Source of the DNA: Mobula hypostoma
Lineage: Eukaryota
Direction: 5' to 3'
NCBI RefSeq assembly: GCF_963921235.1
Contig: NC_086097.1
Span: 44,766,001-44,830,000, forward strand
Length of the DNA stretch: 64,000 bases
Numbering within the stretch: position 1 is the first letter of the stretch; each line of letters begins with the position of its first letter. Shown in pieces: positions 13,753 through 27,590 of this stretch. The translations under genes and the position numbers were made by a program. The notes under the pieces were generated by a model, which was not told the origin of the DNA, ran no database searches, and was given only the letters and a program-made list of their open reading frames with translations.

Positions 13753-15272
13753 ATATTGTGATCACTGTTCCCTAAGGGTTCCTTAACTTTAAGCTCTCTT
13801 ATCACCTCCGGATCATTGTACAACACCCAATCCAGCACAGCCGATCCCCTCGTGGGCTCAACAACAAGCAATTCTAAAAAGCCATCCCTTAGACATTCTA
13901 CAAATTCTCTCTCTTGAGGTCCAGTACTGGCCTGGTTTTCCAAATGCACTTTCATGTTAGAATCCCCAACGATTATCATGGCATTGCCCTTCTGACATGT
14001 CTTTTCTATCTCCTGCTGTAATTTGTAATCCACGTCCCAGATGCAGTTTTGAGGCCTGTATACAACTGCCATTAGGGTCCTTTTACCCTTGCCATTTCTT
14101 AAACTCAACCCATAGAGACTCTACACCTTCTGATCCTATGTCATCTCTTTCTAATGATTTAATATTATTTCTTATACACAGGGCCACACCAACCCCTCTG
14201 CCTACTAACCTATCTTTCAGACACACTGTTTATCCTTGGACGTTCAGCTCCCAATGGCAGCCATCCTTTAGCCAAGGATTCCTTTCTGCACTCCATGACA
14301 ACCTCTACCAAACAATGGAGAGCAGGCCCATAGTTATCTCATGTCCCTCAGTGGCATCTTGAGAAGGAAACCAGAAATGAAAGATCATTACATGGAGTTG
14401 ATGGAAGGACTCTTCAGGAACAATCATGCTGAGCTAGCACCTCCATCAGATCCCAGCGAAAACTGGTGTTTGCCAACCCCAGAAACCTGCACAAGTACAG
14501 ATTGTCTGTGGTTCAAGTGTGCAGTTCAAAGGCAATGTGCTCTTGTGGGGTTCAGACCTCAATAACATTCTACTCAGGAGCCTTGTGCACTTCAGTGATG
14601 GCAGACAGCAAACAAGTGTTCCACACTTTCCTAGTGAAAGAGGATATCGACACAACCTCAGATCCTTGTGCTTTAATGACCAGCAAATGCACAACTAGAT
14701 TCTGGAATGTTGTGTGAGAGTTCATGTATTTGGTAACTGCCCCTCTCCAGCTGTGGCAATCTATGGGTTAACAGGACAGCTATCAAGGAAGAGAAAGAAT
14801 TTGGCACTGAAGCATGGAGGTACATAGAAAGGCATTTCTATGTTGATGATGGTCTTAAATCATTTTCTAGTGCAGAAGGAGAGAGTGTGCTGAAAGCAGT
14901 GCAAGACATGTTGACACAGTCTAATCTCAAATTGCATAAGATTACTCCAACAGTGCTGAGGTTATGTGATGGTCCCACCTGAAGATCTGGCCAAAGGTCT
15001 ACGGATCTTGATCTTGGGCAGGACCTCCCTCCTATGCAGTGCAGTCTGGGCCTTGGCTGGAGCTTGTTATCAACACCCTTACTTTCCAGGTCACTGACAC
15101 TGGAAGACCAGTTACACATCGTTGCATGCTATTGACAGCCTATTTGACCCACATGGACTTGCTGCTCCAGTCAGTGTCCAGCAATGCTTCATGTTAAGAG
15201 AGTTAACCTTGGACACTTGTGGATGGGATGTCCCACTCCCTAAAGTAAAACAGGAGCAGTGGCAGCAATGGT

Positions 15273-16188
15273 ATTAGACCATAAGATATAGGAGCAGAAT
15301 TAGACCTATAATTCTGCTCCTCCGTTTCATCATGGCTGACCAATCCCTTCATGCTCTGACCAATGAAGAATCTATCAACCTCTGCCGTCAATATACATAA
15401 AGATTTGGCCTCCACAGTTTCCTGTGGCAACAAATTCAACAGATTCACCACTCTCTGGCTAAAGAAATTCCTTCTCATCTCCATACTAAAAGGGCATCCC
15501 TCTATTCTGAGGCTGTGTTCTCTGGTCTTAGACTCTCCAACCAAAGGAAACATCCTCTCGACATCCACTCTGTCAAGGCCTTTCACTATTCAATTGGTTC
15601 AAATTAGGTCATTCCTCATTCTTCTGAATTCCAGTGAATATAGGCCCAGAGCATGTGACAAGCTGTTAATCCTGGAATCATTTTGGTGAACCTTCTTTGA
15701 ACCCTCTCCAGTTTCAACACATCCTTTTTAAGATAAGGAGCCCAAAACTGCTCACAATACCCTAAATGATGCCTCATCAGTGCTTTATAAAGTCTCAACA
15801 TTACATCCTTCCTTTTGTTTTCTATTCCTCTTCAAATGAATGCTAACATCACATTTGCCTTCCTCACCAGACTCATTCTGCAAATTAACATTTAGGGGAC
15901 CCTGAACAAGGACACCCAAGTCCCTTTGTGCTTCTGTCTTTTGTATTTTCTCTCTATTTAGAAAATAATCATCTCCTTCATTTCTTCTACCAAAGTGCGT
16001 GGTCATACGCTTCCCAACACTGTATTCCATATGTCACTTCTTTGCCCATTCTCCCAACCTAAGTGCTTCTGTAGCCTCTCTACTTCCTCAAAACTACTTG
16101 CCCCTAAAACTATCTTCATATTGACTACAAACTTTGTAACAATGACATCAATTCCATCATCCAAATTACCGACATTTAACCTTAAAAA
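15273..16188 (-). mobile_element. 5'-truncated CR1 LINE
   Basis: ORFs 15203-16030 carry CR1 RT C-terminal motifs. Confidence 0.9.
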
Positions 16189-17084
16189 AGGACTTCTTCC
16201 CTTCAGGATCTTAAAGGTTTGAAGATGCCAAAAATCTACACAATTCCTCTTATCTACAGCTTAAAAGAAAGAGGTCTGCATTTTCTGTGATGTGTCAACT
16301 AAAGCTATTTCTGGTGTTGCATACCTGAAGGTCACGGACGTGGCAGGATATAGTGAAGTTGGATTTATCCTGAGCAAGGCAAAGCTTGCTCCCAAACCAG
16401 ATCTCACCTCTGTTCTCATTGCACAGTAACACATAAATGTCAAGGATGATATTTTGGAAGTGAGAACAGTTAAAGATGGTGTCGTAAGTCTGCTTTCAAG
16501 ACCAGTCTTCTGAGATACCTTTCTTCTGCTGAAGACTGAATGAAATGATCACTTGACTTTTGTTTCATTGGTTAAGTTTGGGGCACAGTTCATTTTGTAT
16601 TATATGGACATCACTTCCTGCAGATAAGCTGTATTTATATAATTTCCCTTCACAGAATAATTTGGATTTCAACTTCAACATGTGGTGGAAAGACATCCAT
16701 TTCCATCCACTGTTTATTCGCTCTTGAAACAGCAAAATCTTTCACAATAAGATGTTATTAAAAAACCCCAAAGGAAGCTTCCATCCTGGGTGATTTTTAA
16801 GGTGTTTAACTCACTGCATAGCTTTGTATACCTGCACCACGAGGCAGTAAATTTACTTTGTTTCACTTAAATGCTTGCTGTTTTTAATCATGATAGAAAA
16901 GCTAGCAGGATAAGCCAACAGTTTTAACACAGTTGAAATATTTCCATTCAGAAACAAGTCTGTGAAACTTTGATTACCTCAAAATGCTTCTCATGGTCTC
17001 AAATTTGCCAAGACATCTCTGTGGATCACATGATTGTAATAGGGGTTCAAGTCATTCTGATTGGCTACATGTCAATAATGTTCA

Positions 17085-18390
17085 AATAAAGCAGGCCAAA
17101 GTCAGCATGGTTTTCTTAAGGGGAAATCTTGCCTGACAAATTTGTTGGAATTCTTTCAGGGAATAACAGGCATGATAGACAAAAGAGAGCCAGTGGACTA
17201 TGTCACTTTGATTTTCATAAGGCCTCAGAAGAAGTGCCACGCATGCAGCTGTTTAACAAGATTAAAGCCCTACATTACAGGAAAGATACGAATATGGATC
17301 ATAGATTGGCTGCCAGGCAGGAGGCAAAGAGTGGGAATAAAGGGGGCAATTTTTGGTCAGCTGCTGGTAACTACTGGTGTTCTTCAGCGGTCCCTATTGG
17401 GGCGGATTCTTTTCACATTATATGTCACCAATTTGAATGATGGAATTGATGGCTTTGGGCCAAGTTTGCGGAGGATACAAAAATAGGTGGAGGTGCAGGT
17501 TGTCGGTGAGGAAGCAGAGAGTCTGCTGAAGGACTTAGATAGACTGGGAGAATGGGAAGTGGCGGATGGAATGCTGTTTAGGGAAGTGTATGTTCATGCA
17601 CTTTGCTAGAAGAAATTTGTAAAGGTGAAGACAATTTTCTGAATGGGAAGACATTCAAAAATCAGAGATGCAAAAGAATTTGGAAATCCTTGTGCAGGGT
17701 GCCCTTAAGGATGAGTTGGTGGTAAGAAAGACCAATGCGATGTTAGCATTTATTTTGAGAGGACTGAGATATAAGAGCAAGGATGTAATGCTGAGGCTTT
17801 ATAAGACATTGGTCAGACCACACTTGTGGAGTATTGTGAGCAGATTTGGGCCCTTTATTTAAAAAAAAAAGATGTGCTGGCATTAGACAGGGTCCAGAGC
17901 AGGTTCATGAGAATGATTCTGGAAATGAAAGGGTTAACATGTGAGGAGAGTTTGATGGCTCTGGGTCTGTACTCATTGATGTTTAGAAGAATGAAGGGGG
18001 ATTGCAGTGAAACCTTTTGAATATTGAAACGCCTAGACAGAGTGATCGTGGGAAGTATGATTCTGTCATGGGTGTCTCTAGAACCAAAGGCCACAGCCTC
18101 AGAACAGAGGGAAGTCCATTCAGAACAGAGATGAGGAGGAATTTCTTTAGCCAGAGGTTGGTGAGTATGTGGAATTCCTTGCCACGGACAGCTGTGGATG
18201 TCAAGTCACTGAGTATATTTAAAGCGGAATTTGATAGTTTGTTGATTGGTCAGGGCATTAACAGTTACAGGGAGAAGGCAGGAGAATGCATTTGAGAGGG
18301 ATATTAAATCAGCTATGATGGAATGGTAGAGCAGACTTGATGGCCTGAACGGCCTAATTCTGTTCGTATATCATATGTCTTATGGTCTTA
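17085..18390 (+). mobile_element. 5'-truncated CR1 LINE
   Basis: QHGF..GKSCLTNLLEFF through to (TTATGGTC)n tail. Confidence 0.9.
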
Positions 18391-18419
18391 TAATTTGAAT
18401 AACTTCCTACCATCTGCAT

Positions 18420-18468
18420 TCTAACACAGACACAGAGACTGCTTTGTATTGACGTACCTTGTTTTAAT
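18420..18468 (-). terminator. Candidate EVL polyadenylation signal (ATTAAA) with downstream GU-rich element; implied 3' UTR ~18445-19109
   Basis: Minus-strand ATTAAA at 18468-18463 followed ~25 nt later by TCTCTGTGTCTGTGTT. Confidence 0.5.
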
Positions 18469-18655
18469 AAGATTTGAAAGATTGGTTGAGAAATCAGTTT
18501 ACTTTGTCATATTATAACTAGTACAAGTTTCTGCCTTTTCAGTGATGTTACAAGGATCTCTTTGTTGGCAAAGACTTTTCAATAAGAGTTAATAATACTG
18601 TGGAAATGTCTACTGGTAGTAATAACTGAAGTATTTACCTACAAAAAGCAAAAGA

Positions 18656-18730
18656 TTTGTGGTTTGTGTGTGTGTATGTGCGTGTGTGTATGTGTGTGTG
18701 TGTGTATATGTGTGTGTATATATATATATA
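18656..18730. repeat. (TG)n(TA)n microsatellite in putative EVL 3' UTR
   Basis: Directly visible. Confidence 0.9.
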
Positions 18731-19109
18731 AGCTCTTATCTAAAAACACAATCTAAAAGTAATGTAAACTTTTAAATAATCTAATAAAAAATACAAAGGC
18801 TAACATAAAACAGATGTGCAATTTTCTGTAAAACCTAGAAAATAAGATTCACAAGTTGTATTAAAAATCATTGAGTTTCTGTTGTTGTTTTGGAAAATTA
18901 TTAAGACTTTTCATGTGAAGCAGATCCAAGGCAGCAAGCAGCAGAGCACGTCGAATCCACTATTCAATGAAGGATTTGAAAGCAACTGTGACATTCAGTG
19001 CATAGCTTCTCTCCTAGTCTATCTTCCACATTATCCTCCATAGAACCAGCCATCTCTCATCTTCCCAGATCCCTTTGAGGACTTCTCACGTTCTGAAGTG
19101 CAAAATTCA

Positions 19110-19147
19110 TTACGTTGTACTGATTCTGCTCAATTCTTGTCTAATGG
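19110..19147 (-). CDS. EVL: EVL terminal coding exon (AIRQELSRISTT*)
   Basis: ttcag|CC ATT AGA...ACG TAA; C-terminus matches EVL (AIRQELSGISTT) rather than ENAH or VASP. Confidence 0.96.
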
Positions 19148-19927
19148 CTGAAAAACATGAACACTGCCATTAATGAGAAAGTCAAAGCCTTGCTAAAGCC
19201 AGAACCAAGAATAAAATACCTTATTTAAAATAGAACACAAAAGAAGCTAATGTTCCAGTTTTCTTGGTCACAGAAAGAATTACAGGCATATTTTTGTTTA
19301 AATATATTTCCAAATGCTTATGTTAAATAAAAAAAACATTAGATATTTCATTATGTGTTGCTTGTACTTAACACATCAGTTGCTTGAAACTGATGCAATA
19401 ACAATTGTGGCAAAGATAGCTTGGAAACTTTGAAAAGATAGGAGGTCCATTTCTCAAGTATTCCATTAAGGGACAACACTGAAACATTGAAAACAAACAT
19501 TTTGTTTGAAAAAAAGAGATGAGTCATGTAATTGCCTTCCCAAACTGTGTTTAATACAGAAACTAATTATTTAAGGAAAAAGCCTAAAGCTGCAGAAGCT
19601 AAAAATCTATTGAAAGAAAAGCCAAGTTAATATTCTTGTTTCTTCCTTTCATCAGAACAGGGTTCTCTAGAGTACTTGTAGCACTTCCTGCTTTTACTTC
19701 AATTATGTGGACCTTGTTGAGGACAGCCAGCAATCTACTATCAACGACTAGAATTTTAGCTGTGCTGAAAATGATAAAAATTCTGATCAGGTGTAATGAA
19801 ATCCGGAGCATGGTGTAAGCTGCAAAGGCAATTAAACACATTTACAAATATAGGCAAGAAATGGAACCTATTCTTACATGTTTGATGGCAGCTTTTAATT
19901 ATGGCCAATAATAAACACAATGCTTAC

Positions 19928-19985
19928 CATCTATAATCTCTTCTTTCACCTTATGCAACTCCTTTACCACTTCTTCCAGTATTTC
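19928..19985 (-). CDS. EVL: EVL tetramerisation coiled-coil exon (EILEEVVKELHKVKEEIID)
   Basis: cacag|GAA ATA...GAT G|gtaagc; 58 nt, phase 0-1. Confidence 0.96.
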
Positions 19986-20170
19986 CTGTGGGTTTAAGTT
20001 ATAAAAATGGAAGCTGATTTACATAAAGTCCTGGAAAAGTTTCTTTCCGTGCATTTCATAGATAGGATGGAAAAGAATGAAATCATATACCACTACTCTT
20101 GATTAAAAATATAAATATCTTGTAGAAAACACATTATGCATTTTAGCCTTTTCAGCTGTATGTTACATAC

Positions 20171-20240
20171 CTGCTTCAATCGATCAAAATCTAAGGCATC
20201 TGCGGCCACATCGTTAGAGGTTACACTTCCAGGTTTCAGT
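20171..20240 (-). CDS. EVL: EVL exon (LKPGSVTSNDVAADALDFDRLKQ)
   Basis: catag|A CTG...AAG CAG|gtatgt; 70 nt, phase 2-0. Confidence 0.95.
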
Positions 20241-21277
20241 CTATGGGGTAGGGAAATATGTAAAACAGAGAAATTAGGTGTGGATTTCCATGCTAGTTAC
20301 ATTTAAGTTGTGCAAATCTATGTAGCAGCAAGGGGCATTAGGTCAGCATTCTCACAGAAAAGCCAAGGCAGTTTCATTTACAATTTTTAAACTAATATTT
20401 GGATTTCAGAACATTGCTATGCCACTGTCATATAGTTAGATTTCCTCTATCATGGTTATATGCATAAAACTCCGGGACACTGTTGCATTCATTGTATAAA
20501 ATCCATCATGCAAAGAAGCGTAAATGCAAAATCTATTGAAATGCTCTGTTCAAAAGCCAAAGAGCAGAAAGCTATAATTAAATGCTTCATTGGAACGAAT
20601 CCCTTTAGATCAAAATGCTCAATGAATATGCTTAGAACCGAACACATTAATAAATTCCATTACCAAATGAAAGTTAGAAAGGAGTTGGAGCTGGGGAGTA
20701 TCAGAACTCCAAAATTCTTTGCTTTCATACCACAGATGTTGGAAAATATTGTTACTTCTAACCATTGGAAATCTGTATTTAACTACTTAAGTGGGTACTA
20801 GCTTACTAATTAAAGTAAAACTTTTCTTTTACTTTTTTTTGGTGATCATCATGGGTTTTAAAAGAGTTTTCAGTCCTAGGGACATTTCAGGGTAAAGATG
20901 ACTTTCTTCACATTTTTTATACATTTTCATCATCATATTTATAATAGTATCTAGGTGTGCTGCTTTTTATTTTCCTACACTTAACTCCTACAGCACTCCT
21001 GGTGGGAGGATACAATTACAATAAAGCAAATTGCCACATACAGCTTCATTATAAATTCAGACATAAAAATATTAAAAGATAAAAACAAAATGCTTTAATT
21101 TAAACCCAGGACTGATTACATCTGGTCTCTAACCCCCATTTCACCTGAGCTATACTCGCTCTTTGTCCCTTAATGATAAATTTGTATAAAATCAATTATA
21201 CACTTTGGAGTTGGACAATGATTCCCTTGCTGAAACAAAACAGAAGTGAACATTTCTTGAAGTCAATGATTTTATAA

Positions 21278-21293
21278 CCACTAGGAGGCAGTA
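21278..21293 (+). promoter_or_regulatory. CTCF-like motif in EVL intron
   Basis: CCACTAGGAGGCAGTA vs core CCAC(C/T)AG(G/A)GGGC(A/G). Confidence 0.45.
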
Positions 21294-21824
21294 TGGCTTG
21301 TTCCTGGTAAAGTCATCTTTCTCTAGCTAAATCCCTCACACCTGCTTGTCAGTTTCCGAGATCCAGTCGAAACTGGACCTTTGTGTGTTTGTAGTAATGA
21401 GAGAGATTATGTTCTCCAGTTGCAAAGGCACACCAGTGTAATAATATCACTGCATTGCTTCAGTGTCAGGGACAGGTTCCAGTCTGTACAGAAACCAAGC
21501 ATAGATCGCCCTGCTGGTTGCATCAACTGTGAGTGATACATCGCTGAATTTTATTAGTGTACATAGCAGGGTTTACAAAACCAACAGGTCGTTGGAATAT
21601 AAAAAGATAAGAATGTAAAAAATAGCCATTTGACCCATTATCCCTGCTTTGCCATTCAACAAGAGACAATCTAATGTTGAACTAACTCTCTACCTCTTTA
21701 TTCCCTTAATATCAAAAAAATCTGTCTATAGATTATATTGAACTACTGGGCCTTCACTGTCATTTTGGATAAGAGAATTTCAAAGATTTAATGCACTTTG
21801 GATTATGATATTTTCTCACTGTTA

Positions 21825-22232
21825 CCATAAGACCATAAGACAAAGGAGCAGAAGTCGGCCATTCAGCCCATCGAGTCTGCTCTGCCATTTTATCATGAGC
21901 TGATCCATTCTCCCATTTAGTCCCACTCCCCCGCCTTCTCACCATAACCTTTGATGCCCTGGCTACTCAAATACTTATCAATCTCTGCCTTAAATATACC
22001 CAATGACTTGACCTCCACTGCCGCCTGTGGCAACAAATTCCATAGATTCACCACCCTCTGGCTAAAAAAATGTCTTTGCATTTCATTCTGAGTGGGCGTC
22101 CTTCAATCCTTAAGTCATGCCCTCTCGTACTAGACTCCCCCATCATGGGAAACAACTTTGCCACATCCACTCTGTCCATGCCTTTCAACATTCGAAATGT
22201 TTCTATGCGGTCTCCCCTCATTCTTCTAAACT
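21825..22232 (-). mobile_element. CR1 3' fragment inside an older CR1 remnant (~21600-22770)
   Basis: (ACCATAAG)n tail and CR1 3' UTR. Confidence 0.85.
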
Positions 22233-22239
22233 CAAAGAA

Positions 22240-22556
22240 GAGTTACCATCAGGTAGGAGATACAGAAGCCTGAAGGCACACACTCACCGATTCAGGAACA
22301 GCTTCTTCCCCTCTGCCATCCAATTCCTAAATGGATACTGAACCTCTGGACAATTCCTCAATTTTTAAAATATATAGTATTTCTGTTTTTTTGCATGATT
22401 TTTAATCGATTCAATAAATATACATTGTTATTTATTTAATTATTATTATCATTTCATTTTGTGTTTTATTTTCTATATTATGTATTGCATTGAACTGCTG
22501 CTGCTAAGTTAACAAATTTCACGTCACATGCCGGTGATAATAAACCTGATTCTGAT
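22240..22556 (+). mobile_element. Rex1/Babar-like LINE 3' end
   Basis: LPSGRRYRSL...RFRNSFFPSAI followed by AATAAA(CTGATT)n; related tails at ~8240-8305 and, reversed, ~37450-37615, 38073-38215, 54050-54260. Confidence 0.7.
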
Positions 22557-22776
22557 ATTTCTTCCCATCCCTATCCTGAACAGCTGACTGTTTATATGAG
22601 ACTGAATACCGGTCGTGGACTCCCTAGGCAGGTAAAACTTAACTTTGCATCCATCCTGTTAAACTCTGTAAGAAAATTGCATATTTCAATTAAAACACCT
22701 CTCCTTCTTCTAAACTCAAGTAAATATAGTTTGGTTAATCACCCTTCATAAGACAAACCTATAATCCTGGAATTTA

Positions 22777-24414
<1,638 letters not shown>

Positions 24415-25256
24415 TAATCTAAATTAACTTCTGCTGCACTACAGCAAGTACATGCTTCCTTCCCTGCATATCTGCATTTTAATTTACAGTGATTCATACA
24501 CAAAAACATCCAGGTACACTGAATATCAACACCTTTAGATCTCCCACCACCTAATAAATAATCTGTCTCTCTGTGTTAAAATAATTTTCAGACGCAACAT
24601 CACATGAGATGGTTAACTTCGATCAGCAAATTAGCAAGGAGGTTGATAAATTTATGCAGGATTTATGGAAACGACAACAGGAATGACTTTGACTTTAAGG
24701 TTTTCTACAGTGTCAATATTTCATAAATACTCAATTGGTACTGTTAATGGTCCTTGAAATATTACTCAAGATGGTGTCCAACGCTTCTTAACCAGAGCAA
24801 GTAAGTGAGCAGATAAACTGAATAAGAGTTATGTGCTCCCATATGAAAGCTACACTTACTGAGCAGAGATGGCATGCCTGATTTATAACCTGAGTAAAGG
24901 ACTGTATGAAGTTATGGTTGGATTATTTAAATTTTGGTTCCTTGTACTTCCAAACCTCCTACAGCTATTTGCAGTACAGTCCGGAGTTTTGCTAATGATT
25001 CTTTGTATAATTTGGTGAATACAAACTTTTTTGAATATATATGAACCAGGGCACCATTTTCAGGAAGGATGCACACATGAAATAGCACATTACGTACATT
25101 TGCATTGACAAGGAAGCGCAAGTTGAAGCAAGCTGTTAAGTAATGCAATAGGGGCTATACATTGTTTGTGGATATTCAGTTTGCAGTTGGCAAGGAGATG
25201 CGCATCCACGAATGGGCAAGCTGAGAAAGGTGTGAAATCGTTGCTTTCATTTGTAC

Positions 25257-25322
25257 CTAGAGGATGGAAGATGAGACTGCAAAATAGTCTTAGCTTCAGA
25301 ACTCTTCATCATTAATGCACTT
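25257..25322 (-). CDS. EVL: EVL-I-type alternative cassette exon (SALMMKSSEAKTILQSHLPSSR)
   Basis: tttag|A AGT...TCT AG|gtacaa; 66 nt, phase 2-2; same position as and similar to the mammalian EVL-I insert [21 protein letters not shown]. Confidence 0.85.
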
Positions 25323-25793
25323 CTAAAACAATGAAATGGAATTAGAGAAAGACTGAATGCAATATTCTTCTGACATCATTATTTCAGAAATATATGCCTA
25401 GAAACTGTACACATTTTACCTGTCCTTTCATGCATAAGTCATGCAAAAAAACTCAATTTTCATGTTTTGAAGTGTGTGTACTCATTTCCAACATAATGCC
25501 CCACCCATGGAAAATCCGACTAGGCATTCCCAGGCATCAATCATCCTCTATTTTCTGCACATGACATCATCAATGTGTGCAGCTTGCATTCCATAAGTAT
25601 TTCTGTTATTTAATAACAGAAATTAGACTGAAAGTCAAGACATACTTAACTTTGGACTAAACACCGCTGAAAGCCATGAACTGAACACAATGTAAAGGGG
25701 CCCACTTAAAAAAAAAGCCCTCCATTGTAAGCAACACACATCAAAATTGCTGGTGAACGCAGCAGGCCAGTCAGCATCTCTAGGAAGAGGTAC

Positions 25794-25829
25794 AGTCGAC
25801 GTTTCAGGCCGAGACCCTTTGTCAGGACT
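25794..25829 (-). ncRNA. Hammerhead motif copy with mutated core (CTGACAA)
   Basis: Inverted twin of 27555-27590; the conserved G of CUGANGA (G8) is A. Confidence 0.6.
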
Positions 25830-27554
25830 AACTGAAGGAAGAGTGAGTAAGAGATTTGAAAGTGGGAGGGGGAGGGGGAGATCCAAAATGATAGGAGAAG
25901 ACAGGAGGGGGAGGGATAGAGCCAAGAGCTGGACAGGTGATAGGCAAAAGGGATATGAGAGGATCATGGGACAGGAGGCCTAGGGAGAAGGAAAAGGGGG
26001 AGGGGGGTAAAAGCCCAGAGGATGGGCAAGGGGTATAGTCAGAGGGACAGAGGGAGAAAAAGGAGAGAGAGAAAGAATGTGTGTATATAAATAAATAACG
26101 GATGGGGTACGAGGGGGAGGTGGGGCATTAGCGGAAGTTAGAGAAGTCGATGTTCATGCCATCAGGTTGGAGGCTACCCAGACGGAATATAAGGTGTTGT
26201 TCCTCCAATCTGAGTGTGGCTTCATCTTTACAGTAGAGCAGGCCGTGGATAGACATATCAGAATGGGAATGGGATGTGGAATTAAAATGTGTGGCCACTG
26301 GGAGTTCCTGCTTTCTCTGGTGGACAGAGCGTAGGTGTTCAGCAAAATGATCTCCCAGTCTGCATCGGGTCTCGCCAATATATAGAAGGCCACATCGGGA
26401 GCACCAGACGCAGTATATCACCCCAGCCGACTCACAGGTGAAGTGTCGTCTCACCTGGAAGGACTGTCTGGGGCCCTGAATGGTGGTAAGGGAGGAAGTG
26501 TAAGGGCATGTGTAGCATTTGTTCCACTTACAAGGATAAGTGGCAGGAGGGAGATCAGTGGGGAGGGATGGGGGGGCGAATGGACAAGGGAGTCGTGTAG
26601 GGAGCGATCCCTGCAGAAAGCGGGGGAGGGGGGTAGGGAAAGATGTGCTTAGTGGTGGGATCCTGTTGGAGGTGGCGGAAGTTACGGAGAATAATATGTT
26701 GGACCCGGAGGCTGGTGGGGTGGTAGGCGAGGACCAGGGGAACCCTATTCCTAGTGGGATGGCGGGAGGATGGAGTGAGAGCAGATGTGCGTGAATGGGG
26801 GAGACGCGTTTGAGAGCAGAGTTTATGGTGGAGGAAAGGAAGCCCCTTTCTTTAAAAAAGGAGGACATCTCCCTCGTCCTGGAATGAAAAGCCTCATCCT
26901 GAGAGCAGATACGGCGGAGATGGAGGAATTGCGAGAAGGGGATGGCATTTCTGCAGGAGACAGGGTGAGAAGAGGAATAGTCCAGATAGCTGTGAGAGTC
27001 AGTAGGCTTATAGTAGATGCAGACTGGGAGATCGTTTTGCTGAACACCTACGCTCTGTCCGCCAGAGAAAGCAGGATCTCCCAGTGGCCACACATTTTAA
27101 TTCCACATCCCATTCCCATTCTGATATGTCTATCCATAGCCTCCTCTACTGTAAAGATGAAGCCACACTCAGGTTGGAGGAACAACACCTTATATTCCAT
27201 CTGGGTCGCCTCCAACCTGATGGCATGAACATTGCCTTCTCTAACTTCCACTAATGCCCCACCTCCCCATCGTACTCCATCCGTTATTTATTTATATACA
27301 CACATTCTTTCTCTCTCTCTCCTTTTTCTCCCTCTGTCCCTTTGACTATACCCCTTGCCCATCCTCTGGGCTTTTCCCCCCCTCCCCCTTTTCCTTCTCC
27401 CTGGGCCTCCTGTCCCATGATCCTCTCATTTCCCTTTTGCCAATCACCCGTCCAGCTCTTGGCTCTATCCCTTCCTCTCCTGTCTTCCCCTATCATTTTG
27501 GATCTCCCCCTCCCCCTCCCACTTTCAAATCTCTTACTTGCTCTTCCTTCAGTT

Positions 27555-27590
27555 AGTCCTGATGAAGGGTCTCGGCCTGAAACGTCGACT
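27555..27590 (+). ncRNA. Minimal type I hammerhead ribozyme motif, intact core
   Basis: AGTC-CTGATGA-AGGGTCTCGGCCT-GAAAC-GTC-GACT: stem I AGTC/GACT, CUGANGA, stem II, GAAA, palindromic ACGT stem III, GUC cleavage triplet. Confidence 0.75.

Larger units (their letters stand above)
11170..14275 (-). mobile_element. CR1 LINE ORF2 (endonuclease + RT + 3' UTR), degenerate, with two nested insertions
   Basis: ORFs 11307-14108 with VVYRP, SDHN, KSPGPDG, QHGF, RPHLEYCVQFW. Confidence 0.93.
9400..16545 (+). mobile_element. Fragmented BEL/Pao LTR retrotransposon (pieces ~9400-9756, 10520-11170, 14275-15272, 16190-16545)
   Basis: Collinear motifs: SKICLVNIYP..ILDDQ (protease), EIPTPE..HL..I..ILLLLGKD, VHVFGNCPSPAVAIYG and FYVDDGL (RT), IFCDVS..AYL..SKAKLAP (RNase H). 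Confidence 0.8.
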
